A stretch of 64,000 nt of DNA, from NCBI RefSeq assembly GCF_044324875.1, contig NZ_CP172185.1. One strand, given 5' to 3'. How positions within the stretch are numbered: the stretch's first letter is position 1; each line of letters begins with the position of its first letter. Source of the stretch: Escherichia coli. GTDB taxonomy: Bacteria > Pseudomonadota > Gammaproteobacteria > Enterobacterales > Enterobacteriaceae. The notes under the pieces were generated by a model, which saw only the letters and a list, made by a program, of their open reading frames with translations, did no database searches and was not told where the DNA came from. This document shows positions 23,355-35,868 of the stretch, piece after piece. The position numbers were made by a program, and so were the translations under genes.

Positions 23355-24980
23355 TTACACACACACTCCCCCCGTCGCCCGCAGCAATAAATCATTCTGG
23401 ATCTGCTCTGACAACCGTACGCCGCCGCGCGTATCTAACATCACCTGACACCACGCCTGCGCCATTGGCGGAGAGGCATATTTCAACATTTGCGCACCGC
23501 AGCCCAGCAGGAATAGCTGATGAGTAATCTCTCGCCCCAGTTCTTCAGCAGGCTTACGCAGCTGCTGCTGTAAACGACGAACCGCGCGATCAAAATAGCG
23601 ATCCTGCCCTTTCACTTCCACAAATGCTTCCGACAATAAGTCGTATACACCCGCTTGCTTATTGAGAACGCGCAGCACATCCAGGCACATAATATTGCCG
23701 GAACCTTCCCAAATACTGTTTACCGGCATCTCCCGGTAAAGCCGCGGCAGCTCGCTCTCCTCGCAATAACCAATGCCGCCCAGCACCTCCATCGCTTCGG
23801 CCACAAACGGCATACCTCGTTTGCAGATCACAAATTTTGCCGCAGGCGTAAATAAACGCGCCCACAGGGCTTCTTTGGCATCGGCACGCCGGTCCCACGC
23901 TCGCGCAAGACGAAACAGCAACGCCGTTTGCCCTTCAAGCTGAAGTGCCATGCGACTTAAGACATGACGCATAAGGGGCTGTTGGATCAATGGATTACCA
24001 AAAACATGGCGTTGATGTGCATGATAAATCGCCAGCGAAAATGCACGGCGCATCATGGCATGGCTACCCAGGGCGCAATCAAAACGCGTCATCCCCCCCA
24101 TTTTCAGGATCAGACGAATTCCTTCCCCTTCCTGCCCCAACAACCAGCCAATGGCATCCTGAAACTCCACTTCGCAGCTGGCGTTAGAGCGATTACCCAG
24201 CTTATCTTTCAGCCGCTCGAGGCGAATCGCGTTGCGTTGCCCGTCAGGCAAAAAGCGCGGCACAAAAAAGCAGGATAAACCGCCCGTAGTCTGCGCCAGC
24301 ACCAGATGCGCATCGCTTTGCGGCACCGAGAAAAACCATTTATGCCCCACCAGCCGATAAGAGCCATCTTCCAGACGCTCTGCGCGGGTGGTGTTGCTCA
24401 TGACATCGGAACCGCCCTGCTTTTCCGTCATTCCCATGCCAATCAACAAACCGCGTTTTTGCCCACCTGGCAATAAGTGAGAATCGTAGCGATCGCTCAA
24501 CAGCGGCGTGGTCCAGTCCTGAAACGGCGCGGGTAACATCTGTAACAGCAATGGCGTGGCGGCAAAGGTCATCGTTATCGGACATAACGACCCTGCCTCA
24601 ACCTGTGCGTGCAACATAAAACGCGCCGCGCGCGCCACAAATGCGCCGGAGCGAGCGTCTTCTTCCCAGGCAAGATTGTGCACCCGATTGGTACATAGCG
24701 CCTGCATCAGCAAGTGCCAGGCGGGGTGAAAACGCACATCGTCCAGATGGCGTCCTTGCGCATCGTAGCGCAATAATTCAGGCGGATTCACATTCGCCAG
24801 CCGCCCCAGTTCAAGGGATTCAGCCGTCCCTAACTGCTGACCAATACTAGCTAGAAAATCGCTATCCCAGCCAGCACCTTCACGCGTTACCGCTTCGCAG
24901 AGCGCGCCATCAGACAGGTATAAGTTGCTGTTATTTAATGGTATAGGTTGATTAAAAACGGTGTGAGTTTGCCAGTGCAC
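23355..24980 (-). CDS. aidB: Adaptive-response acyl-CoA-dehydrogenase-like protein AidB
   Basis: Track ORF is 547 aa from an upstream ATG; K-12 AidB is 541 aa as I recall, which fits a GTG start at the Val of ...TVHWQTHTVFNQ. Confidence 0.9.
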   Translation of the reverse strand: MHWQTHTVFNQPIPLNNSNLYLSDGALCEAVTREGAGWDSDFLASIGQQLGTAESLELGRLANVNPPELLRYDAQGRHLDDVRFHPAWHLLMQALCTNRVHNLAWEEDARSGAFVARAARFMLHAQVEAGSLCPITMTFAATPLLLQMLPAPFQDWTTPLLSDRYDSHLLPGGQKRGLLIGMGMTEKQGGSDVMSNTTRAERLEDGSYRLVGHKWFFSVPQSDAHLVLAQTTGGLSCFFVPRFLPDGQRNAIRLERLKDKLGNRSNASCEVEFQDAIGWLLGQEGEGIRLILKMGGMTRFDCALGSHAMMRRAFSLAIYHAHQRHVFGNPLIQQPLMRHVLSRMALQLEGQTALLFRLARAWDRRADAKEALWARLFTPAAKFVICKRGMPFVAEAMEVLGGIGYCEESELPRLYREMPVNSIWEGSGNIMCLDVLRVLNKQAGVYDLLSEAFVEVKGQDRYFDRAVRRLQQQLRKPAEELGREITHQLFLLGCGAQMLKYASPPMAQAWCQVMLDTRGGVRLSEQIQNDLLLRATGGVCV

Positions 24981-25063
24981 TGTGTCTCCCTCCATCAATG
25001 GCAGTCACCCTTAGTATGGTCACTGCCATGGATTCCTGACAGAAAGAGATTGCTAAAACATTC

Positions 25064-26227
25064 TTATCCAGCAATGTAATGCGGAACGAAACGTGAGGTG
25101 TCTTTGGTGATCAGCGTGTTATCTTCACGGATCCCCATTCCGCACGCTTCATCATCGACAATCCAGCTACCGATGAGTGTGTAGCTATCGCCAAATCGCG
25201 GCAGAGGTTGAAGCGCCTGGTAGATCATCGGTTCATCGGCGTAATCACCATCAGCGTGGTCAACGACGTTATTCTGACCGTCGAAAATGGTGACGTTTCC
25301 GCCTTCGCGTGAGTAGATCGGTTTACGCACATAGCTTTCGCCAGCGGCAATCTGCGGTTTTTCGCCCTCAAACCAGGATGCAAGAAGGTTAGGATGACCA
25401 GGAAAGAAACGCCAAAGCAGCGGCATTAACCCTTTGTTGCTCAAGATACTTTTCCATAACGGCTCCACCCATTGCTCGCGACGCTTGCGCAGCAGCGGAC
25501 CGTTATCGTCACGCATCATCCACTCTAGCGGATACAGCTTAAATGCACGCTGGATGACATTATCATCAAGATCGGTCAGTACACCGCCGACGCCCAAACC
25601 GAGATCTTCAATGTAGATAAACCGCGACTCCTGCCCAGCCTGCTGGGCGCAGTCCTGCAAGTACAGCACGGTAGTCCTGTCTTCATCGGTGTCCTGACAG
25701 CAGCAAAAATAAAACGGTTCCCGACTGTAAAGCTCACTAAAGCGCGAAATCAGGCGTTCCTGAATGGCATTGTACTGATCGGCGTCACGTGGAATAACGC
25801 CGCTGCGCCGGGCATCTTCCAGCCACAGCCACTGGAAATAAGCCGATTCATACAACGAGGTTGGCGTATCGGCGTTGTACTCCAGCAGCTTCACCGGCGC
25901 ATTGCCACACCAGGCAAAATCCATCCGGCCATACAGCGAAGGATCGCGTGCGCGCCAGCTTTCGGCGATCACATCCCAGTACAACGGCGGGATCGCCAGT
26001 TGCGTCAGGATCTCTTCGTCTTTAACCGCGCGATCTACCACCTCAAGGCACATCTGATGCAGTTCCGCAGTCGGTTTTTCGATCTGCTCTTCAATCTGGC
26101 GCAGGGTAAAGCGGTAAGCCCGACTCTCATCCCAATAGATTTCATTGTCGATGATATGAAAGTCGAAACCGTTGTCAGCGGCGATCTGGTCCAGATCCCA
26201 CCGTACAGGAACGTTGTGTCTCAGCAT
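25064..26227 (-). CDS. yjfC: Glutathionylspermidine-synthase-like ATP-grasp protein YjfC
   Basis: Track ORF 25064..26242; start at MLRHNVPVRWDLDQIAADNG gives 387 aa. Confidence 0.85.
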   Translation of the reverse strand: MLRHNVPVRWDLDQIAADNGFDFHIIDNEIYWDESRAYRFTLRQIEEQIEKPTAELHQMCLEVVDRAVKDEEILTQLAIPPLYWDVIAESWRARDPSLYGRMDFAWCGNAPVKLLEYNADTPTSLYESAYFQWLWLEDARRSGVIPRDADQYNAIQERLISRFSELYSREPFYFCCCQDTDEDRTTVLYLQDCAQQAGQESRFIYIEDLGLGVGGVLTDLDDNVIQRAFKLYPLEWMMRDDNGPLLRKRREQWVEPLWKSILSNKGLMPLLWRFFPGHPNLLASWFEGEKPQIAAGESYVRKPIYSREGGNVTIFDGQNNVVDHADGDYADEPMIYQALQPLPRFGDSYTLIGSWIVDDEACGMGIREDNTLITKDTSRFVPHYIAG

Positions 26228-26229
26228 GA

Positions 26230-26868
26230 TTAGCCTCCCCAATGCCCACGGGCGCTGGAAGAACGACCATAGCCGCCGCGAGAAACGGTTGACGCTTTTT
26301 TGGTGGTAAAGCCGCCCGAAGAATAGGACTCTTTTTTGCCAGAACCGGAGCGCCAGGAGTAATCACCGGAAGTGTTGCGCCAGACGGGGCGCGAAGCAAA
26401 AGAGGAACCGCCGCTGTTATACACAAACTGCTCGTCGCGATCTTTACGAATAACCCGGCTTAACAAAAATCCAGAAACAACCGGGATCCAACTCTGTTCA
26501 ACGTTGTCGTAGTAACAATTTTCATACTTAGACTGACAATTCTGCTGAGTCATATTCTTTGGAACATCGGCATAAAACGCCGCTTTGGCGTTGTTCCAGC
26601 CATGAGCACAGATATCTGAATTATTACCGTCATCAATACAATCCTGCACAGTCGAGTAAAACGTTCCGTCGCCGTCGTTATCGACATCGCCACTATCGCC
26701 ACAACCTTTCAATACGAAAAAAGCGGCACCGCCCATTAGCGCCAACGTTAAGTATTTTTGTGCGTAACGATTGCGACGCGGTTCAAAAGGATTATTCGGT
26801 CTACCAATGCGACTGATCGCTCCGTGACCAATTTTACTGTTATTTCTTGATTTGCGTTTTCTGGCCAT
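26230..26868 (-). CDS. yjfM: DUF1190-family protein YjfM
   Basis: 212 aa, basic N-terminus, TM segment, Gly/Ser-rich C-terminus. Confidence 0.8.
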   Translation of the reverse strand: MARKRKSRNNSKIGHGAISRIGRPNNPFEPRRNRYAQKYLTLALMGGAAFFVLKGCGDSGDVDNDGDGTFYSTVQDCIDDGNNSDICAHGWNNAKAAFYADVPKNMTQQNCQSKYENCYYDNVEQSWIPVVSGFLLSRVIRKDRDEQFVYNSGGSSFASRPVWRNTSGDYSWRSGSGKKESYSSGGFTTKKASTVSRGGYGRSSSARGHWGG

Positions 26869-26877
26869 GATCGTCCA

Positions 26878-27276
26878 TTACCATGTCATACAAGCTGCGT
26901 TAAAAATACCGCCAGCCAGTGCGGCGGTTCCCATAAACATTCCTGCTGCGGTATTGTGATTAATAATTTTTTCGCTTAATGCGGGCATATAAAGTCTGAC
27001 GCCAGCAAAAACGAGTAACTGAATCACCAGTGCGATCCCGCCCCAGGCGAAATAGTCTGGAATACTCACCGCATTGATTGCCGCACTGGATAAGGGGATC
27101 ACGTAACCCAACAATGTACCGCTGAACGCCAGTGACGCCGCGGTATTATTGTTTTTGATTAACTGCCATTCGTTGTGCGGTGTAATTTTTGAATAGATAA
27201 ACAGAAAAATAATCACCATAGCCACGCCAATAAAAAAATAGGCACTAAAGGCAAGAAGAGAATCCAGTATATGCAT
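26878..27276 (-). CDS. yjfL: DUF350-family inner membrane protein YjfL
   Basis: Track ORF 26878..27357; start at MHILDSLLAFSAYFFIG gives 132 aa; four predicted TM helices. Confidence 0.8.
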   Translation of the reverse strand: MHILDSLLAFSAYFFIGVAMVIIFLFIYSKITPHNEWQLIKNNNTAASLAFSGTLLGYVIPLSSAAINAVSIPDYFAWGGIALVIQLLVFAGVRLYMPALSEKIINHNTAAGMFMGTAALAGGIFNAACMTW

Positions 27277-27293
27277 TGTAAACGTCCTTGTAA

Positions 27294-27953
27294 TTAACCA
27301 ATAATATGAAGTGATGTCAGCGGGATATCGACACCCAACGCGCGCGAAAATAACCACTCTGGCTCGCCGAGATCGTTAAAAGATTCCTCACCATTTAGCA
27401 GCAAATATTCGTAAGTATCTTCGGTTACTTGCCGTTGGTAGCCCATGGTAAAATTATGTACTTCCCATTTGGCATGGTTTTGATTTTCTACTTTTTCCAG
27501 CATGTAGACGGGTTCGATATTTCCCGGTTCTTCGCTGTTAAAAAATCGCTGCCAGCGTTTTTCCTGCCAGTTTAAGGTCATTGCCCCCATCGCTTTGGCA
27601 TTGATCGTCTCGCGCCAGTGACTCTCTTTACTGATACCGTAGCTCTCTTCATAGACAAAGAGCTTGATATCATCAATGTTATCAATATTTTCGCCGCCGG
27701 TGGTATTGATTTGCAGAAACTCATCGCCTGAAGTGTAGTAGCGGAAAATCTGGCTACCGCCGCCCAGATCGATGTGACTGACAGCGGCTACCGTAAATTC
27801 CTCACCCGGCAGCGCAATCAGCAATTCATCTTCCAGCAAACGAAACGCTAACGTGTCGAGCGTAAAGCCACTATTGAGATGAAGTCCCAGCGGACCGCGA
27901 GCGATAGCAGGCTTATTATCCTTGCCAAACAGACGCTGGAAAAAACCAGACAT
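27294..27953 (-). CDS. yjfK: DUF2491-family protein YjfK
   Basis: 219 aa, MSGFFQRLFGKDNKPAIARGPLGLHLN... Confidence 0.8.
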   Translation of the reverse strand: MSGFFQRLFGKDNKPAIARGPLGLHLNSGFTLDTLAFRLLEDELLIALPGEEFTVAAVSHIDLGGGSQIFRYYTSGDEFLQINTTGGENIDNIDDIKLFVYEESYGISKESHWRETINAKAMGAMTLNWQEKRWQRFFNSEEPGNIEPVYMLEKVENQNHAKWEVHNFTMGYQRQVTEDTYEYLLLNGEESFNDLGEPEWLFSRALGVDIPLTSLHIIG

Positions 27954-28003
27954 ATTTTATCCTTAAAATAGTTGCCAGCCTTGCAGTGAGGCTGGCAAAA
28001 AAA

Positions 28004-28702
28004 TTACTCGCCCTGTTGGCGTTGCAGTCTTGCTAATACATCCTGGGCGCTACTTTTATTGCTACCGCCTATTCCGGCTTCCGCCAGCTTTTCATCAAGA
28101 TCGCGACCGTCTGCGACTTTTTCCAACTGTGCAGCAGCATCCAGGCGAGCCTGACGTTCGGCCTGACGCGTTTGCAGGCGTTTTAAGGATTCTGCCGCTG
28201 TCGAAACGCTGGAAGATGCGCCAACGGTAGAGGTCGTTACAGCCTGTTGTGCACGCTGCATGGCTTCAGTAGCTTTAACGACTTCCATTTGCTGCTCAAA
28301 CTGAGCGATACGCTGCGCTGTCGCTGTAACTGCTTTTTCCACGCCATCACGAGAGACTTCCAGATTCGACAACACTTGCTCTTCAGCGGTAATGAGATTC
28401 TCAAGGCGCGCGATTTCTTCAGCAACTTCGTTAATCAACGACGGATTAACGTTCTTGCTTAACGCTTCCAGCGCACGGGCTTCCAGACTGGCTTTGCGCT
28501 CACGTAAATCTTTCAGCTTATCGTGACTTAATTTCACCCGCGCCAGCAGATCAACGCGAGATTTTCCGGCTTTATCGAGTTCAGCTTTAGCGTCACGAAT
28601 ATGCTGTTCCAGCATGCGCACGCCCTGGGTTTCTTCAATGGATTCTTCCGCCTGAGAGATAAACGATTTCCCCAGCGTAAATAAACTTTTTAAAATTCCC
28701 AT
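28004..28702 (-). CDS. yjfJ: PspA/IM30-family protein YjfJ
   Basis: 232 aa, coiled-coil-rich, MGILKSLFTLGKSFISQAEESIEETQ... Confidence 0.85.
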   Translation of the reverse strand: MGILKSLFTLGKSFISQAEESIEETQGVRMLEQHIRDAKAELDKAGKSRVDLLARVKLSHDKLKDLRERKASLEARALEALSKNVNPSLINEVAEEIARLENLITAEEQVLSNLEVSRDGVEKAVTATAQRIAQFEQQMEVVKATEAMQRAQQAVTTSTVGASSSVSTAAESLKRLQTRQAERQARLDAAAQLEKVADGRDLDEKLAEAGIGGSNKSSAQDVLARLQRQQGE

Positions 28703-28720
28703 AAATACCCGTCCTTGTAA

Positions 28721-29122
28721 TTAGTGTGAATATTCTTCTGTAATTTCAGCCAGATCCAATGCGTTATCTACCAGCGAGGTTATCTCAAGCAGGATATCTT
28801 CAAGAGAAGATTTAAGCGATAACGCACCGAAAACAATGTAATACTCTTCATGTTGCACGCTGGAGATCCCTACCGATGACAACGGCATCATCTTCTGATT
28901 TCTTAATAAGAAGGTATTAAATTCATCTGGATTGCTGATACTACTTACCGGACAAATAAAGGTTTCGATAATCATTTGGCGGGAAGTAAATAGAATATTG
29001 ATTTGCAAATCGCCATAATCATTCATTTTAATAATTAATGCGTTCTCGCCATTTGTTACATCAATATTTTGTTCAGGTACAGTTTGCAGCGCCGTCGCCA
29101 GCGCCAACGGATTCCATGTCAT
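28721..29122 (-). CDS. yjfI: DUF2170-family protein YjfI
   Basis: 133 aa ORF at the head of the yjfIJKLM cluster. Confidence 0.8.
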   Translation of the reverse strand: MTWNPLALATALQTVPEQNIDVTNGENALIIKMNDYGDLQINILFTSRQMIIETFICPVSSISNPDEFNTFLLRNQKMMPLSSVGISSVQHEEYYIVFGALSLKSSLEDILLEITSLVDNALDLAEITEEYSH

Positions 29123-29248
29123 ATATTATTCCATATAAATTAAGTTTAAATATTAATAAAATGAATATTTGCAGTACGTAATTATCTTACCAGCTATAGA
29201 CAAAAAAAAACCATCCAAATCTGGATGGCTTTTCAAAATTCAGAGGAA

Positions 29249-29980
29249 CTAGCTGCGCTGTCGCACCGCTTCAAATAAGCAAATCCCTGTCGCCACAGAA
29301 ACGTTCAGGGAAGAAACGCTTCCTGCCATTGGGATGCTGATCAACTCGTCGCAATGTTCACGAGTCAGGCGACGCATACCTTCACCTTCCGCGCCCATCA
29401 CCAGTGCCAGCCGTCCGGTCATTTTGCTCTGATAAAGTGTATGATCCGCCTCACCTGCCGTACCGACGATCCAGATATTCTCTTCCTGCAACATACGCAT
29501 GGTGCGCGCAAGGTTAGTCACCCGAATCAGCGGAACGCTTTCTGCCGCGCCGCAGGCTACTTTTTTCGCCGTGGCGTTGAGCTGTGCGGAGCGATCTTTC
29601 GGCACAATCACCGCATGAACACCTGCGGCGTCCGCGCTACGCAGGCACGCGCCGAGGTTGTGCGGATCGGTTACGCCGTCGAGGATCAGCAGGAACGGTT
29701 GATCGAGCGAAGCGATCAGATCCGGCAGATCGTTTTCCTGATACTGACGTCCTGGCTTCACACGGGCAATAATGCCCTGATGCACGGCACCGTCGCTTTT
29801 CTCGTCGAGATACTGACGGTTCGCCAACTGGATAACCACGCCCTGGGACTCAAGGGCGTGAATCAGCGGTAACAGACGTTTATCTTCACGGCCTTTTAAA
29901 ATAAAGACTTCCTGAAAACGTTCAGGGGCGCGCTCCAGCAGGGCCTGCACTGCGTGGATGCCGTAAATCATTTCGCTCAT
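29249..29980 (-). CDS. rlmB: 23S rRNA (guanosine2251-2'-O)-methyltransferase RlmB
   Basis: 243 aa SpoU/TrmH-family sequence, [25 protein letters not shown]... Confidence 0.93.
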
Positions 29981-30070
29981 TAATGTACTCGTTGTTTACG
30001 TTTTGCCGGGAGCGCCACGCTTGCCCGGCCTACGGATAATTCACCCTCTTCTGTTTGAAGAGGGTTATGA

Positions 30071-32512
30071 TCACTCTGCCACTTTTTTCTTCGCCGCACG
30101 CTTCGCTTTGGTCGCTGCGGCTATTTTCTGCGTTTTAGCCGATAGCTTTTTCGCTTTTCTCGCGTCTTTCTTCGCCGCTTTCGGCTTCGTTTTTTTCTCA
30201 CCGCGGAAGGCGCTGTCTGGCTCAAAGTTTACCTTTTTACCGACCTGACGACGCTTGCCGCCTTTTTTACCTGCATCGCCTTTTTTCGCTTTCTCGCGCG
30301 CCGTTTTACCGACGTTGCGCGGTGCGCGTTCGCTGGAGATCAGGCTAAAGTCGATTTTGCGCTCGTCCATATTAACCGCTTCGACGCGAACTTCTACGCG
30401 ATCGCCCTGGCGATAAGTCTGGCCACTGGATTCACCCATCAGGCGTTGCCCTACCTGGTCAAAGCGATAGTAGTCATTGTCCAGCGAAGAGACATGGACC
30501 AGACCATCAATGAACAAGTCGTCCAGACGGACGAAGAAGCCAAAGCCAGTGACGCTGGAAATTACGCCTTTAAAGACGTTACCTACCTGGTCGAGCATGA
30601 AGTCACACTTCAGCCAGTCAGCTACATCGCGTGTTGCTTCGTCGGCACGACGTTCCGCCATCGAACAGTGCTGACCCAGTTGCAGCATCTCTTCCATCGA
30701 ATAATGGTAACCGCCGGTTTCAGTAGTGTTGCCCTGATGCCCCTGCTCTTTCGCCAGCAGATACTTAATGGCGCGGTGCAGCGTCAGGTCAGGATAACGA
30801 CGAATCGGCGAAGTAAAGTGCGCATAGGACTGCAATGCCAGGCCGAAGTGACCACGGTTTTCCGGATCGTAAATCGCCTGTTTCATCGAGCGCAGCAGCA
30901 TGGTTTGCAGCATTTCTGCATCAGGACGATCGGCAACCGACTCCAGCAGCTCCGCGTAGTCACGCGGTTCCGGCTTGTTACCGCCCGGCAATTCCAGCCC
31001 CAGCTCCGCCAGCACTGAACGGAAAGAGGTAATTGCTTCGGTGCTCGGCTTATCGTGAATACGGAACAGTGCCGGTTCTTTCGCTTTCTCAACGAAACGC
31101 GCCGCCGAGATATTCGCCAGAATCATACACTCTTCAATTAATTTGTGTGCGTCGTTACGCTGGGTCTGTTCGATACGTTCAATACGGCGTTCAGCGTTGA
31201 AAATGAACTTCGCTTCTTCGCTCTCAAATGAGATCCCACCGCGTTCTTCACGGGCTTTATCCAGCACTTTATAGAGGTTATGCAACTCTTCGAGATGCTT
31301 AACCAGCGGGGCGTACTGCTCGCGCAGATCCTGATCGCCCTGCAGAATATGCCAGACTTTGGTGTAGGTCAGACGTGCGTGAGAGCTCATTACCGCTTCA
31401 TAGAATTTGTAGCCAGTCAGGCGGCCTTTCGACGAAACCGTCATCTCGCACACCATACACAGGCGGTCTACCTGCGGGTTAAGCGAACATAGACCGTTAG
31501 AGAGCACTTCCGGCAGCATCGGGATAACCTGCGAAGGGAAGTACACCGACGTACCACGGTTACGCGCTTCTCTGTCCAGCGGCGTTGGAGGGCGCACATA
31601 GTAGCTGACGTCGGCAATCGCGACCCATAAACGCCAGCCGCCGCCGCGTTTTTTCTCGCAGTAAACCGCATCGTCAAAGTCACGGGCGTCTTCGCCATCA
31701 ATGGTGACCAGCGGTAAATCGCGCAGATCAACACGGCCCGCTTTTGCTTCTTCCGGCACTTCTTCTTTCAGCCCGGCAACCTGTTGCTCAACAGCCTGCG
31801 GCCAGATGTACGGAATTTCATGGGTACGCAGAGCAATATCAACCGCCATGCCGGTGCCCATATTGTCGCCCAGCACTTCGACGATTTTACCCACCGCTTT
31901 GGTACGGCGAGTCGGGCGTTGGGTCAGTTCAACAACCACCACAAAGCCCATCCGCGCGCCCATGATCTGATCGGGCGGGATTAAGATATCGAAGCTCAAA
32001 CGACTGTCGTCAGGAACCACAAAGCCGACGCCCGCTTCGGTAAAGTAGCGACCAACAATCTGGCTGGTTTTTGGCACCAGTACGCGGACAATACGCGCTT
32101 CACGACGACCTTTACGGTCAGCACCCAGCGGCTGCGCCAGCACCTGATCGCCATGAATGCAGGTTTTCATCTGCTCGCTGGAGAGATACAAATCATCTTT
32201 ACGCCCTTCAACCCGCAGAAAGCCGTAGCCATCACGGTGGCCAATAACGGTACCTTTCACCAGGTCGAGGCGTTCCGGCAGCGCATAGCACTGACGACGA
32301 GTGAAGACCAGTTGACCATCGCGCTCCATCGCGCGCAAGCGGCGACGCAGGCCTTCAAGCTGCTCTTCGCCTTCAATGTGCAGTTCTACCGCCAGCTCAT
32401 CACGGCTGGCCGGTTTTTCACGTTTGGTTAAATGTTCGAGGATAAATTCCCGACTAGGGATGGGATTCGCGTATTTTTCAGCTTCGCGTTCCTGGAAAGG
32501 ATCTTGTGACAT
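30071..32512 (-). CDS. rnr: Ribonuclease R
   Basis: Track ORF 30071..32554; start at [20 protein letters not shown] gives 813 aa; RNB domain, S1 domain and Lys-rich basic C-terminal tail. Confidence 0.93.
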   Translation of the reverse strand: MSQDPFQEREAEKYANPIPSREFILEHLTKREKPASRDELAVELHIEGEEQLEGLRRRLRAMERDGQLVFTRRQCYALPERLDLVKGTVIGHRDGYGFLRVEGRKDDLYLSSEQMKTCIHGDQVLAQPLGADRKGRREARIVRVLVPKTSQIVGRYFTEAGVGFVVPDDSRLSFDILIPPDQIMGARMGFVVVVELTQRPTRRTKAVGKIVEVLGDNMGTGMAVDIALRTHEIPYIWPQAVEQQVAGLKEEVPEEAKAGRVDLRDLPLVTIDGEDARDFDDAVYCEKKRGGGWRLWVAIADVSYYVRPPTPLDREARNRGTSVYFPSQVIPMLPEVLSNGLCSLNPQVDRLCMVCEMTVSSKGRLTGYKFYEAVMSSHARLTYTKVWHILQGDQDLREQYAPLVKHLEELHNLYKVLDKAREERGGISFESEEAKFIFNAERRIERIEQTQRNDAHKLIEECMILANISAARFVEKAKEPALFRIHDKPSTEAITSFRSVLAELGLELPGGNKPEPRDYAELLESVADRPDAEMLQTMLLRSMKQAIYDPENRGHFGLALQSYAHFTSPIRRYPDLTLHRAIKYLLAKEQGHQGNTTETGGYHYSMEEMLQLGQHCSMAERRADEATRDVADWLKCDFMLDQVGNVFKGVISSVTGFGFFVRLDDLFIDGLVHVSSLDNDYYRFDQVGQRLMGESSGQTYRQGDRVEVRVEAVNMDERKIDFSLISSERAPRNVGKTAREKAKKGDAGKKGGKRRQVGKKVNFEPDSAFRGEKKTKPKAAKKDARKAKKLSAKTQKIAAATKAKRAAKKKVAE

Positions 32513-32550
32513 CTCGGTTCCTCCGTTGTCATCTCTGATGAAGATTTTCG

Positions 32551-32976
32551 TCACTCCACCAGCAATAATTTATAAAGCGGTTGATTCTCTTCAACCAAAT
32601 CGGCAAGCGTGTAGTTATCAAGTTCCGTAAGAAAACTTTGCACGGCCTTAGAAAGCGCCTGTTTCAACCGACAGGCAGGTGTAATGTGGCAAAACTCACT
32701 GCTGCAATTCACCAGCGATAAGGGCTCCAGCTCGCGCACCACATCACCAATACGTATCGCACTCGCCGGTTTACCCAGACGAATGCCGCCATTTTTTCCA
32801 CGAACAGCAGTCACGTAGCCGGCACGACTAAGTTGATTGATTATTTTGACCATATGATTACGGGAGACGCCGTAGACGTCAGTCACTTCAGAAATACTGG
32901 TCATCCGCCCTTCTGGCAATGACGCCATGTAGATCAGCGCACGTAATCCGTAATCAGTGAAACTCGTTAACTGCAC
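32551..32976 (-). CDS. nsrR: Nitric-oxide-sensing Rrf2-family repressor NsrR
   Basis: 141 aa, [49 protein letters not shown]..., three-Cys cluster ligand region. Confidence 0.95.
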
Positions 32977-33180
32977 ATCAACCTCAAAAGGGAAATCGGG
33001 AAAAAATACATTTATATTGATGATAAACCAGCCACAAGCTGTGTCGCTAATTTATTTCAGTTCGGGGAAGGAAAAAAGCGAGGATTTAACACTGTGTCGG
33101 ATAGCGTAATGGCTTAACCGACACAGCAATGTATCACACTGTTAGCCCGGCAGGCAAAATATCTGCCAGGCGTACCAGAA

Positions 33181-34482
<1,302 letters not shown>

Positions 34483-34582
34483 TCAAAATCACCGTTTGCT
34501 TAAAAATGGATTCTACCATCGCTTTTTCAGAGTTACAGCACTTTTTGCACTCAAAAATGACCTCGATCAGTCTGTTTTTTGT

Positions 34583-34780
34583 TCAGCCAATCGTTTTCCT
34601 CAACATGTAGTAGACCACAACGCCCGCAACCACAAGTCCACCGCCAAAACGACGTAAAATATTATCGGGCAAATTGGTCATCGCAGAGATCATCTTCTTC
34701 CATGCCTTCGGGTAAAGCATCGGCCCTAAACCTTCCAGTACCAAAACCAGGGCAAGCGCCAGCCAGATTGTCGAATTCAT
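34583..34780 (-). CDS. yjeT: DUF2065 small membrane protein YjeT
   Basis: 65 aa hydrophobic ORF immediately downstream of hflC. Confidence 0.8.
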   Translation of the reverse strand: MNSTIWLALALVLVLEGLGPMLYPKAWKKMISAMTNLPDNILRRFGGGLVVAGVVVYYMLRKTIG

Positions 34781-34861
34781 TCATTATCCTTATAGAAAAA
34801 GAAAACCACCGACATCCCTGAGGATGCGGTGGCTTTATTGACCTGTACCGCAGTCGTTATA

Positions 34862-35866
34862 TTAACGCGTTGCGGAAGTCGGCGTCTTCATGTAGCGGAA
34901 GAAATCGCTGTCCGGGCTCATGACCATCACGTCCTGATTGCCAGAGAAGCTGTTCTCATAAGCACGCAGGCTACGGATGAATGCGTAGAAGTCCGGATCT
35001 TTACTGAATGCATCAGCAAACAGTTTGGCTGCTTCGGCATCGCCTTCACCACGCATGATGCGGCCCTGACGCTCAGCTTCTGCCAGCGTTCTGGTCACTT
35101 CATAGTCGGCAGTCGCGCGCAGTTTTTCAGCTTCTTCCTGACCTTGTGAACGGTGACGACGCGCTACCGCTTCACGCTCGGCGCGCATACGGTTGTAGAT
35201 CGCTTCAGACACTTCGGTCGGCAGGTTGATCTGCTTGATACGCACATCGACAACTTCAATACCCAGCGCCGCCATACTGTTCGGGTTGATGACCGGAACT
35301 TTGCCCTTCGTCTCAGCCGTTACGCGCTCTGCCGCTTCGGCAATGGCGTTATCTGCCGCCGGGGTAGTAACTTCATCTTCTGTACCCGCAGAACCGGAGT
35401 TCAGCGCGTCACGTACTTCGAGGGTCAGACGACCACGGGAATCAGTGACGATATCTTTCACGTCCAGGCGACCAATTTCAGAACGCAGACGGTCAGAGAA
35501 CTTACGTTTCAACAGCACTTCCGCTTGCGAAATGTCGCCACCGCCCGTTGCCAGGTAGTAACGGCTGAAATCGCTGATGCGCCATTTGATGTAAGAGTCG
35601 ACGATCAGGTCTTTCTTCTCTTTGGTCACAAAGCGGTCGGCCTGGTTGTCCATGGTCTGAATACGTGCGTCGAGCATTTTCACCGTTTCAATGAACGGTA
35701 TCTTGAAATGCAGACCCGGCTCATAAACCAGAGGTTTGTTGTCATCGTCACGCAGTACCTTACCAAAACGCAGCGTAATACCGCGCTCACCTTCTTTGAC
35801 GACAAAGACAGACATGTAAAGCACTACCAGCACGATGATGATAATCGCGATAACTGACTTACGCAT
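34862..35866 (-). CDS. hflC: FtsH modulator HflC (SPFH/band-7)
   Basis: 334 aa, MRKSVIAIIIIVLVVLYMSVFVVKEGERGITLRFGKV... Confidence 0.96.
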   Translation of the reverse strand: MRKSVIAIIIIVLVVLYMSVFVVKEGERGITLRFGKVLRDDDNKPLVYEPGLHFKIPFIETVKMLDARIQTMDNQADRFVTKEKKDLIVDSYIKWRISDFSRYYLATGGGDISQAEVLLKRKFSDRLRSEIGRLDVKDIVTDSRGRLTLEVRDALNSGSAGTEDEVTTPAADNAIAEAAERVTAETKGKVPVINPNSMAALGIEVVDVRIKQINLPTEVSEAIYNRMRAEREAVARRHRSQGQEEAEKLRATADYEVTRTLAEAERQGRIMRGEGDAEAAKLFADAFSKDPDFYAFIRSLRAYENSFSGNQDVMVMSPDSDFFRYMKTPTSATR

Positions 35867-35868
35867 CG

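Noticed and set aside
30446-31018. 190-aa plus-strand ORF and neighbouring short ORFs
   Set aside because: Antisense to rnr; no support
34585-34601. Possible PurR box (agccaatcgttttcctc) upstream of purA
   Set aside because: Only a partial match to the PurR operator consensus as I remember it, and it lies inside the yjeT coding end; too weak to report as a feature without a PWM scan
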